Shown here in pieces: positions 42,921 through 52,000 of a stretch of DNA of 64,000 nt. The notes beneath the pieces were generated by a model, which was not told where the DNA came from, searched no databases, and saw only the letters and a list, made by a program, of their open reading frames with translations. Origin of the DNA: an uncultured Christensenella sp. (lineage in GTDB: Bacteria; Bacillota; Clostridia; Christensenellales; Pumilibacteraceae); NCBI GenBank assembly GCA_910579205.1, contig CAJTTD010000011.1:4417-68416 (forward strand). The letters run 5' to 3'. How positions within the stretch are numbered: position 1 is the stretch's first letter; every line of letters starts with the position of its first letter. Both the position numbers and the translations under genes were made by a program.

Positions 42921-45092
42921 TCATTTATCGTTTTCTATCTGCTTTAGCTTCCAAGTAAAACTGCCGAAGTCGCCGAGCATCGGAAGAACGATCCCCGCCG
43001 TCATAAGCGCGCGTCCGCTCGCGACTATATCCGTTCCGTCTATGGCGTAAGTCTTATCGGCATCCAAGCCCGCAAGCTTGATCGTTTTTATAAGATCGCA
43101 TGGCACGGCGTGTATGCGTTCGCCCACGACGTACGCTTGATTTTTGTCTTTCGCGACGAGCATGACGCAAAACCAATTTCCGTCGAACGGATCGCACAGT
43201 CTGTAAAGATCGCCTTTTAGCACAAGCTCGGCTATCGCGCCGTATCTACCTATCTGCGCTTTGACAGCCGACTTTTCGTCGTCCGTCATTTTGGAAAGAT
43301 CGAGTTCGTAACCCGTCGCGCCGAGCGACGCTATAGCTCCGCGCGTATCGATAGAAACTGTGCGCCCCGTCTGATGATTGGGGCAAGCGGAAACGTGGCA
43401 GCTCATCGCCGACACGGGATAACACATAGACGTGCCCCACTGTATTTTGGCGCGCTCGTAAGCGTCCGTGTCGTCGCTCGTCCATATCTGCGGGAAATAA
43501 TAGAGCATGCCCGCGTCGAACCTCCCGCCGCCGCCCGCGCAGCCCTCGAAAAACACATCGGGAAACGCTGTCGTAAGACGTTCCGCGAGCGAGTACACGC
43601 CCAGCATGTACCTATGCGCGAACTCGCCTTGACGGTCGAGCTTGCGCGAAAACATTTCGGTGAGGTCTCTGTTAAAATCCCACTTTACATACGATATATC
43701 GTTATTCGCAAGCACATCAGACACCGCGGCAAAAATATGATCCACCACGTCGCTGCGCGTTAAGTCCAATACGAGCTGATTCCTACCGCGGCACGGCTGC
43801 ACGCCGTCCTTACCTATCGCCCAATCGGGGTGCGCGCGGTAAAGATCACTGTCCTCGCTTATCATTTCGGGCTCGAACCACAAGCCGAACTTAAGCCCGT
43901 GCTTTTTGCAGCGGTCGATCACCGTTTTAAGCCCGCCCTTTAACTTTTTTTCGTTTACCGTCCAATCGCCAAGACCCGAGGTGTCGCTGTCCCGCTTTCC
44001 GAACCAGCCGTCGTCCAAGACGAACGTGTCTATGCCGAGCTTTGCCGCCTCGTCTATTATGGGGAACAGCTTTTCGTTATCGAAGTCGAAATACGTCGCC
44101 TCCCAATTATTGACCACTATGGGACGCTTTTTGTAAACGTACCGCGGGTCAATAACGCATTCGCGCAAAAAGTCGGCGTAATGTCGCGACATCTTGCCCG
44201 TGCCGCCGTCCGAATAGCAAAGCGCCGCTTGCGGCGAAGTAAAGCTCTCGCCCGCGCGCAAAGTCCAACCGAATGCCGTATCGTTCACTCCGCCTTGAAT
44301 GCGCAAAGACCCGTCGGCGGACGATTCGGCAGTCAATGCGAACGAACCGCTGTACATCAACTGCACGCCGTAACACTCGCCGCTCTCTTCGGCGCAGTTA
44401 GCGCGCAAAAACGCCGCAAACGGATTTATCTTGTGCGACGAAGAACCGCGTAGCGACTGCAGCCTTGTTATCCCGTATTTGATAGGCGAAGTTACGGGCG
44501 TACGCTCCGCCGCCCACCGCCCGCAAAGCCGCATTATATCGAACTCGCTGTCGGGGAGATCTACGCAAAACGAAAAAGCCTTTTTGAGCGTGAACTCTTC
44601 CTTGCCAACATTTACTATTTGCGCGTTGCGCACCAACACGTTAAGATCGTCGTACACCGTGTAGTTGAGTATCACCGTCGCGTCCGAAAAATCGTCCTTT
44701 AGCGTTACAGCCAAAGTATCTCCGCCCTTGCGCGCGTGCGGCAGTCCCGCGAGAGTCGGCGCGCCGCCGTACACCTTATGCGACACGTAACGCAGTCTGC
44801 TCATCGCCGCGCCGTCGCTCCGCTCTATTATGACGGATGGTTCGCGGTAATCGCCGTGCGCGTAAAACCCGCACTCGCTCGGCATGTTGTCGAACTGCAT
44901 GTCGTAATTCAGCCCGCCCTTTGTCGGCGCGAACTTGGAACAGATATGCCCTATCAAATATTCAAGGTCGGCGACCTCTATCTTTTTGCCGTAATACGCG
45001 TGTTGCAAAAATCCCGAGTCGTTCACATACATGGCGTAAGTATAATCTTTGCCTTGCAAGCAGAACGCACCGTTGTCCGCGACTGTTATCAT
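42921..45092 (-). CDS. Alpha-galactosidase, glycoside hydrolase family 36
   Basis: Supporting motifs are VVNNWEATYFDF, FVLDDGWFGKRD and GLWFEPEMIS. A GGGAGGAG RBS is present. Confidence 0.9.
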   Translation of the reverse strand: MITVADNGAFCLQGKDYTYAMYVNDSGFLQHAYYGKKIEVADLEYLIGHICSKFAPTKGGLNYDMQFDNMPSECGFYAHGDYREPSVIIERSDGAAMSRLRYVSHKVYGGAPTLAGLPHARKGGDTLAVTLKDDFSDATVILNYTVYDDLNVLVRNAQIVNVGKEEFTLKKAFSFCVDLPDSEFDIMRLCGRWAAERTPVTSPIKYGITRLQSLRGSSSHKINPFAAFLRANCAEESGECYGVQLMYSGSFALTAESSADGSLRIQGGVNDTAFGWTLRAGESFTSPQAALCYSDGGTGKMSRHYADFLRECVIDPRYVYKKRPIVVNNWEATYFDFDNEKLFPIIDEAAKLGIDTFVLDDGWFGKRDSDTSGLGDWTVNEKKLKGGLKTVIDRCKKHGLKFGLWFEPEMISEDSDLYRAHPDWAIGKDGVQPCRGRNQLVLDLTRSDVVDHIFAAVSDVLANNDISYVKWDFNRDLTEMFSRKLDRQGEFAHRYMLGVYSLAERLTTAFPDVFFEGCAGGGGRFDAGMLYYFPQIWTSDDTDAYERAKIQWGTSMCYPVSAMSCHVSACPNHQTGRTVSIDTRGAIASLGATGYELDLSKMTDDEKSAVKAQIGRYGAIAELVLKGDLYRLCDPFDGNWFCVMLVAKDKNQAYVVGERIHAVPCDLIKTIKLAGLDADKTYAIDGTDIVASGRALMTAGIVLPMLGDFGSFTWKLKQIENDK

Positions 45093-45197
45093 AAACTCCT
45101 CCCTACTATGCGAAACCGATATAGAATTCGATGTGTCATTATAAACGCATCGGTACGAATTGTCAAGTTTATTGACTGAGTACAGATATCGACCGCA

Positions 45198-46439
45198 CTA
45201 CAGCATTTCGAGCGCGAGCAAATTAAAGCTCAAAAATCCCGCGTGCAAATTAGGTTCGCCCGTATCGGGCTGATAACTTTCAAACATATCGCCGTACTTC
45301 GTTATATTAGACGACAAAAGTTCTATCGTCGCGTCTTTCAACTTATCCGCCATCTCGGTAAGTCCATACCGCAACAAGCCTTTATAAACTATAAAGTTGG
45401 GAACGGTCCACACCGCGCCCAGCCAATTGGACGGGTTAGACGTTTTGCCGAGATCGTACATCTTTTCGTTTCGGGCGAGCGTGCGTATCCCGTATTTTGC
45501 AAATATGTCATCGTCGCAAAGATGTTCGCACAGTCTCGCGGCACGGCGCGCGTCCGCAATACCCGTATACAGCGGAGCAAAGCAACCCCAAAACCTTATC
45601 TTGAGCGGCACTGTTCGCCATGCGGGCGTTTGCCCCGCATGAAATTCAAAATCGCCTATCTTGCGAGCAGCGCGATAAAACCCTATATCTTGAGAATAAT
45701 AAATGCCGTCGCGTTCGTCCCACATTTCGCGATTGACGGCGGTCTTTAGTTTTTCCGCTTTTTCCGTCGCGATAGCCGAGCGGTCGTCGCCCAGCTTGTC
45801 GAGTATTTGCGCGAGCGCGACGTATTCCGCATATAAAAAGCTGTTGAGATAAATGTCGGCACATGTTCTCGGCGGGCGAAAAAATACGGTGGGGTTGTTG
45901 TCGATGCCTATCATGATGTCGTCTTGCCAAAAGAACAGCCCCGATTTTTCGTCGTACTGATTATTTTCGTAGTAGTCGAGGTATTTGACGAGCTTGTCCG
46001 CTATCGCCCCGTCTATGCCGCCGAACCGTTCCGACGCTTGAAGCGCGGCTTGACACAAAAACGGTTTGTGCTGATTGAGCGGCACGCCCTTGTCGTATTC
46101 GCGCTTAAAATATCCGTCGAACAGTCCGCCGCCCGCGACCATGACGGGGGTGTAGCCGTCCGACTCTTGCGCGTTCAAAAAATTCAATATGCTTCCCGTT
46201 ACATGCGGCGCGATATCGCCGTCCGACAGTCCCGCGTCCGCCGCTTCTTTTTGCGTGCACTTTTCGCGTATTTTGCAAAGCGCGTATGCCGTAAAGTACG
46301 AATCCCAATCCCACAGCTCGCCCGCATACCCCGCGCCGGGGTCGATAAACGGGTGTTGGAGCTTGCCGCACGGCGCTTTGAGAACGCCCGCCGCACGGCT
46401 GAGGATATATTGCTTTACGATTTGCGCGCGATCGCCCAT
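45198..46439 (-). CDS. (alpha/alpha)6-barrel glycoside hydrolase, GH63/GH37 (MGH1/trehalase)-like
   Basis: The 413-aa product carries ELWDWDSYFTAYAL, FFWQDD and SNPSNWLGAVWTVPNF motifs, which are typical of this clan. The assignment is by pattern only. Confidence 0.6.
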   Translation of the reverse strand: MGDRAQIVKQYILSRAAGVLKAPCGKLQHPFIDPGAGYAGELWDWDSYFTAYALCKIREKCTQKEAADAGLSDGDIAPHVTGSILNFLNAQESDGYTPVMVAGGGLFDGYFKREYDKGVPLNQHKPFLCQAALQASERFGGIDGAIADKLVKYLDYYENNQYDEKSGLFFWQDDIMIGIDNNPTVFFRPPRTCADIYLNSFLYAEYVALAQILDKLGDDRSAIATEKAEKLKTAVNREMWDERDGIYYSQDIGFYRAARKIGDFEFHAGQTPAWRTVPLKIRFWGCFAPLYTGIADARRAARLCEHLCDDDIFAKYGIRTLARNEKMYDLGKTSNPSNWLGAVWTVPNFIVYKGLLRYGLTEMADKLKDATIELLSSNITKYGDMFESYQPDTGEPNLHAGFLSFNLLALEML

Positions 46440-46453
46440 TTTACTTTTCCTTA

Positions 46454-47137
46454 TTATTTGTCGGTAAATGCCGCGCGGTAAATGCGCTCGGCTATTTTTT
46501 TCATGCCCGCGTCCGACGGGTGCGCCGCTACGCCCGCATGGTCAAACTTGCCTACGGCTTTCATTTCGTCCATATTGCCGAGATCGTGTATTTGTGCGAA
46601 GCCGTATCCGTTGCTTTTCGCCATATCCTTGACGAGCGTATCGAACGGCTCGTATTCCCAAAACAGATCGGTAACGACGACGCGCGCGCCGTTTTTTGCA
46701 AAAAAGTCTATAAGCTGCATATAGTGCGGCATAAACTCCGCCGCGCGATCCAAAAGCCGCGCGTTCTCGCCCAGCCGTACTATTGCGATATCCGCGCCGA
46801 ACGCCGCGGCTTTGCCGTACCGCTCGCCGAGCAACGCGTCGTTCCAAGAGCTTTCCCATTCGCTCATATTGCATACGCAGTACGACGGTTTTTTGCCGTC
46901 GCGCTCGAGCATGCTCAAAAGAACATGCACATAATCGTTTTGCTCGCACGACGCCGCCATGCCGTAGTCGCCGAACCAACCGATATCGGTTTTTTTTCCG
47001 TGGCGTGTTATCGAATTGCCCAAAAACAGCAGTTTTATGTCCGCGTCGTCTCTATGCGAAACGAACACGCACTCGTCGGAGGCGAGCTGTCCTTGCGCGG
47101 GCACGTCGTTACGCAGCAGATCTTTTTGTATCTTCAT
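46454..47137 (-). CDS. SGNH/GDSL-type hydrolase (esterase)
   Basis: ORF 46454..47341. Start set to ATG 47135-47137, which overlaps the upstream stop (ATGA). The LLFLGNSIT block I is present. Confidence 0.7.
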   Translation of the reverse strand: MKIQKDLLRNDVPAQGQLASDECVFVSHRDDADIKLLFLGNSITRHGKKTDIGWFGDYGMAASCEQNDYVHVLLSMLERDGKKPSYCVCNMSEWESSWNDALLGERYGKAAAFGADIAIVRLGENARLLDRAAEFMPHYMQLIDFFAKNGARVVVTDLFWEYEPFDTLVKDMAKSNGYGFAQIHDLGNMDEMKAVGKFDHAGVAAHPSDAGMKKIAERIYRAAFTDK

Positions 47138-48699
47138 TTCGCGTTGTCCGCCAAAAGCGTTACGGGCACATATTCGCGCTCGCCTCTGCCGTTTACCGAT
47201 ATCTCCATTACAAGATCGTACCTTCCGCGGTTTATGTCGTGCGGAACGAACTCGAACGCGCACGACCGCGTATGCGTGGTCTTGCTGCCGTGCCAATGCT
47301 CGAGCCCCACGCAGCATTCCGCGCTCGATACGGTCTCCCAATCTTGAGGCAATCCCAACAGCCTAACGGTCAAGTACTGCGGCAAATACAACTTGTTGCA
47401 AAGAGTTATATCTATGCGCTTTTTAACGCCGTTTTCCACAGCAACAAAATCGTCGCCGTACTTGACTTTTACCGTAAGCCCCGAAAAATGATACCGCGCG
47501 GTGTGCGGGCTTTCTTTAAGCAGCTCTTTGAAGTTTTCTTGTTGATAGGGATAGAATGCGTTTTCGTCGTACGCCAAGCTATCGGCCGCGACGACGGCAA
47601 AGTCGTTTTCGTTAAATTCCGCGCGCTCGGAAGAGACGGCGGGAAACTGTTTGATCACGCGTTCGCACAATGCGGACACCGTTTCGGGTATATTCAAAAG
47701 CAAGTCGGGGCGAAGCGAGCATACTGCGATCTTGTCCGAGCAACCGTTTTTCCACTTGTCGGGGATATTCGCCGCGCCGCACGTTATGCCGAGTATCGCG
47801 CCAAGCGTTCCCGCCGTGCAGTCGGTGTCCTCGCCGCAGTCTACCGCTATGCATACCGATCTGCCGAAATCTCCGCCGCCGTACAGCCAGCCGATAAGCA
47901 CTATGCCTATGCTCGCGGGCGCGTCGTAGCCGTGAACGGCGCGGGGTATATCCTTGTCCTTTTTTTGCACGGGGCATTTGCCGCTCGCGGGAACGAGCGA
48001 TGTGCCTTGCCACTCCCCGCCTATCTCGCCGAAGCTCGACGGCTCGGCAATGAGCAGTTTTTTGCGCGCCGTCTTAAAGTCGTCGCCATTTTTGTAGCTT
48101 TCGCGCACGACCTCTACGGCATGGCGCACGCCGCACTTTTCGGGCAGATACGACAAACCGATATTTATGAGCTTGTCGGTATCGCTCTCGAAAAACGCCG
48201 CCGACTGTACCGCCGCGGTAAACACCGCCGCGTAAATGCCTTCGCCGCTGTGATCGACGCACGCGTCGTAGTATGCGTAGTTTGCCGCGAGCGCGGGGTT
48301 GCCCGCGCAAAGACACGCCCATATCTCCGTGCGTATCCACGCGCCGTTGCTCTCGCGGTTTTCGTTGCGCAAATGCCCCGAGAGCGGCGGAACTACGCCC
48401 ATTCTATAGTTGTTCGCGCCCGTGCCGTATTCTGATATCACCGACGATACGTAGTTTTCCCAATACCGCGCCAATACGTGCGAATCTATATTTTTGCCTT
48501 CATGCTCGACGGCGGACAGCCAAGCGAGCTGAAGATCCACGTCGTCGTTGGGAACGGGCGACGAAACGTCTTGCATAAACCCGTCTATGTCGTACACTCC
48601 GCGATAGCATTCAAACGGCGCGCCCAGCGTGCCGCCTATGTTTTTGCCGATATAGCAACCGTATACCTTGTCGCGGTATGTTTTAAAATCGATCTTCAT
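47134..48699 (-). CDS. ADP-ribosylglycohydrolase-fold protein with a ~200-aa beta-rich C-terminal extension
   Basis: ORF 47134..48771. Start set to ATG 48697-48699, with a GGAGAA RBS. Supporting motifs are GKNIGGTLGAPFE, VDHSGEGIY and CGEDTDCTAGTLGAILG. Confidence 0.75.
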   Translation of the reverse strand: MKIDFKTYRDKVYGCYIGKNIGGTLGAPFECYRGVYDIDGFMQDVSSPVPNDDVDLQLAWLSAVEHEGKNIDSHVLARYWENYVSSVISEYGTGANNYRMGVVPPLSGHLRNENRESNGAWIRTEIWACLCAGNPALAANYAYYDACVDHSGEGIYAAVFTAAVQSAAFFESDTDKLINIGLSYLPEKCGVRHAVEVVRESYKNGDDFKTARKKLLIAEPSSFGEIGGEWQGTSLVPASGKCPVQKKDKDIPRAVHGYDAPASIGIVLIGWLYGGGDFGRSVCIAVDCGEDTDCTAGTLGAILGITCGAANIPDKWKNGCSDKIAVCSLRPDLLLNIPETVSALCERVIKQFPAVSSERAEFNENDFAVVAADSLAYDENAFYPYQQENFKELLKESPHTARYHFSGLTVKVKYGDDFVAVENGVKKRIDITLCNKLYLPQYLTVRLLGLPQDWETVSSAECCVGLEHWHGSKTTHTRSCAFEFVPHDINRGRYDLVMEISVNGRGEREYVPVTLLADNAK

Positions 48700-49002
48700 G
48701 ATGTTCTCCGAATTTATACGTTTAAGATGTCTCTGCTCACGCGGCAGCCGCCCCGTACGACGAGTATACATTATGCAACGCTGTTTGTACAGCGTTTAAA
48801 TTTCTTTTTTAAAAGAATATCGCCGCCGACACAAAATGCGTCGCGTCGATAATTCTTTGGGTAGGAGGAAAATTTTTGTTTAAAATACGTTGAGCGCGTT
48901 CCGCATGCCGCCCGCAGATACCCGCGGACGGCAAACGTTCGCTATATGCAAAGCGATAAAGCTTTGCCGTATGGAGAGAGAGACTGATTTACTCGGCTTT
49001 TA

Positions 49003-52000
49003 TCAAGCCTTTTTTGCGCCGTACAGCGAAGTGAAGTATATCGTTGCGCCGTTGAGGTTCATGAATCGGAATTTGAAAAGCTCCATTCTATGTTGCGCCA
49101 AGCCATTGCCTTGCCATTGCGTCATGTCGTTGAATTTATCGGCGGCAATGGTTACCTTGGTCCACTGACCTTTTACCAAACCGGTATCGCCGGTCCACTC
49201 CGTGCCCGACATCGCAGACTTACTTGCATAATCCAGCTTGCCCGTCGCATTTTCGGCGTCCGTCCATACGTAGAAGTACAGCTCGGAGTACTTGCGGATA
49301 TCGCGAATATTGACTGCCGACGCATCGACCGATACGCTGATATCGTCTTTGTTTACGATAAGTTTTGCGGAGCCTGTTTTATCGACCGTCGCGTCCGTGC
49401 CGTCATAATTCTTTTCGGTAGACCACGTACCCGATCCGATGCCTTTGCTGACGTCGATGACTTTATTATTATAATCGCTGTACTTTGTAAGTTTAACGGA
49501 CGAGATGTATACGGTATCGCCGACGTTAAAGCCCATTAAACGGAACACCCACTTCCCACCGTAATAGTCGGGAGTATTAGAGGTATTCAATCCTAACTGA
49601 ACCTTCGTCCACGCTCCTGCTGTCAAGCCCAGATCGCCGTACCAATGGGCGCCCATTTGCTTGTCGCTGCCCGTGGTGTATGCGTAGAACTCGATCAAAT
49701 CGTAATCGCCGAAGTCGAACGCAAGATATGCGTAGTCGCCGTTATCGTCTGTTTCTTTGACCGTGATCTTTGCAGAGCCTATGTCGGCACCGTGCTTTTG
49801 CTCGGTCGTGTACTCAACGGTCGCTTTATTCCCGTTCGCTTCCAAAGTTTTCGACGTGAACTCTTGACTGGGCGTAAACACCGTGCCGGTGTCGGGTTGC
49901 AAACGATATGTAACTATCTTGTTCGCACAGCCGTCGGCTTTGTAAACGGCATTGATCACTTGCGCGCCTTCGTAATCAAGAGTTACCGCGCCGTTGATCA
50001 CCCGAATAGTTTGACCGACTTGATTTTCTACGCGATCGATGGATATCGTCTTGCTGTCGTTTCTGTTGCCTAACCAGTCCGCAACATACGCGTCCGTGGG
50101 TATCTTAAACTCACTGCCGGATTTGTAGAATATAGTTTCTTGCGGTCTGTCTATCACGATCTCGCCGTAGTTCTTGAACACGTCGTTTCTGTACAAGTCT
50201 ACTTTCTGCTTGCCGGTAATGAACTCGATATTGGAAAGAGTTCCGTTTACGGGGCCTTTACGTTCGCCAATGCCGAACGAGTTTCCAGTTACTTCAAATC
50301 CCGCAAATGACACAGTGCCGACATGCCAGCCTTGATCGGTCGTTAAGTGGCGGATATACATGTCTATCTTGTCGCCTTGACGGACGTATACCACTCTTAC
50401 GGGACTTTCGGACGAATTGCGCAAGACTTGCCGCAACGCTTCGGGCAACTCCTCCACGATACTCATTTGTTTCCAATTACCGCCGTATCCGCCGAATTTG
50501 CGCGAGCTGTTGTCGCTGTGCATTTCCACGCCGAGGATCTGATCCGATCCGCCGACGTATGCGCCAAAGTAGTTCCAGCCCGTTTTAGGCAAAGTCATGT
50601 CGTAACGCAATATCCACTGATCGCCTTCGCCTACTTTGTACACTTGGGCGTCGTTTCCTACGGTCTTGTAGCCGTCGTCTACATCGCCCCAAGTCATGTC
50701 GTCGGCGTTAGTCGCGAACTTGACGGAAACGGTGTGCTTATCTTTGGTCGCTATAAACATGTTGCCGCCGATGGGCTTGCCGTCAACTACGAAGCAGTCG
50801 AATATCTTGCCCGAAGGGATAGTGCCGTTGTATTCGAGCTTGATCTCCTGTTCGCGGTTGTACACTGTTTTGCCGTCGGCAGTAGCTATGCCCGCGCCCA
50901 GCTCTACGGTGGATTTTTCGTAAGGCACGCCGTACAGCGAAGTTACCCACATAACGCTGCCCGCTTTGCCGCCTTCTACGCTGTAAGCAAACTGCTTTGC
51001 GCCGTTTTCCCAAACGCTCTTTTCGTCTATGTTCTGCGGCGCTTTACTTCTGTTAAACGATACCTTTACCCATTTATAAGCCTCGGGCGCGGTATCTCTG
51101 CACCACCATCCGCCTATATTCTTGAACGCGTTAGCGTCGGTAACGTATACATAGAAGTATATCTCTTTGTAATCATCGAGATTTTCGGAGGCGGCGGCAA
51201 TGGCATTGTCAAAGGCAAACGCGCATTCGCCTTCGTTTAACGTTACTTTGAGCGTGCCGTCCGTTTTGATCGCGCCGTCTACGCCGTTGTAAGTAACAGC
51301 GGTATCGTACTCGATCTTACCGGGCTTCCATTTGTTTTCCTTTTGATACACAACGCCGCCGTTGCCCGTGATAACGCTTACGTTGTTGATCTCGACGTTG
51401 CTGCCGGCGACGCGAGCGGCAAATACGGGTTCTACGCTGTGCGTGTCGCCGTCGGCGGTAAACGTATTGCCGTCGATAGCAGTTCCGTCCACTTTAAAGC
51501 CTTTGCAATACTGCCCGTCGGGCGCTTTGCCGTTCCAAACCACGGTAACGCTGCTGCCTTTGGCGACGTCTATCGTGTCTTTATTCCCTTCCGCAGTAGC
51601 AATGCCTTCGGCAAGAGTTACGGTGCTCTTTGTAGCATATACGGCGGCTACGTCGTGCGTAGTCTTTGTAACCGTCATGACGTTGCCGCTTATGGGCGTG
51701 CCGTCCACGGTAAGGTGCAAGAACATTTTGCCTGCGGGCGCGGGATCGGGAGTAAGCGTTACCCAATCGCCGAGCGACACTTGCGTGAGATCTGCTTTAC
51801 AGTCGGTAAGATTCAATTTAGCAACGTACTGCGCCATATACAGCGCGACTTTTTCCGCGCCGGCAACACCGCGTATATTAGTATACGTATGTTCGCCGAA
51901 GGTGTTGTCGCGACGTTCGCACAGACCGAATGTGTTATCAACGCCGAGCGAAGCGTGGTTTACCGTAGTAAAGTATTGCGTTTGCCCGTCTTTCGTGAAG

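Noticed and set aside
48777-48810. A plus-strand terminator-like hairpin (AACGCTG-TTTGTA-CAGCGTT, then TAAATTTCTTTTTT) upstream of the ARH gene.
   Set aside because: There is no plus-strand gene to terminate, and the T-run is separated from the stem. On the relevant minus strand it lacks a U-tract. At most it is a 5'-UTR structure, which is not enough evidence to call a feature.
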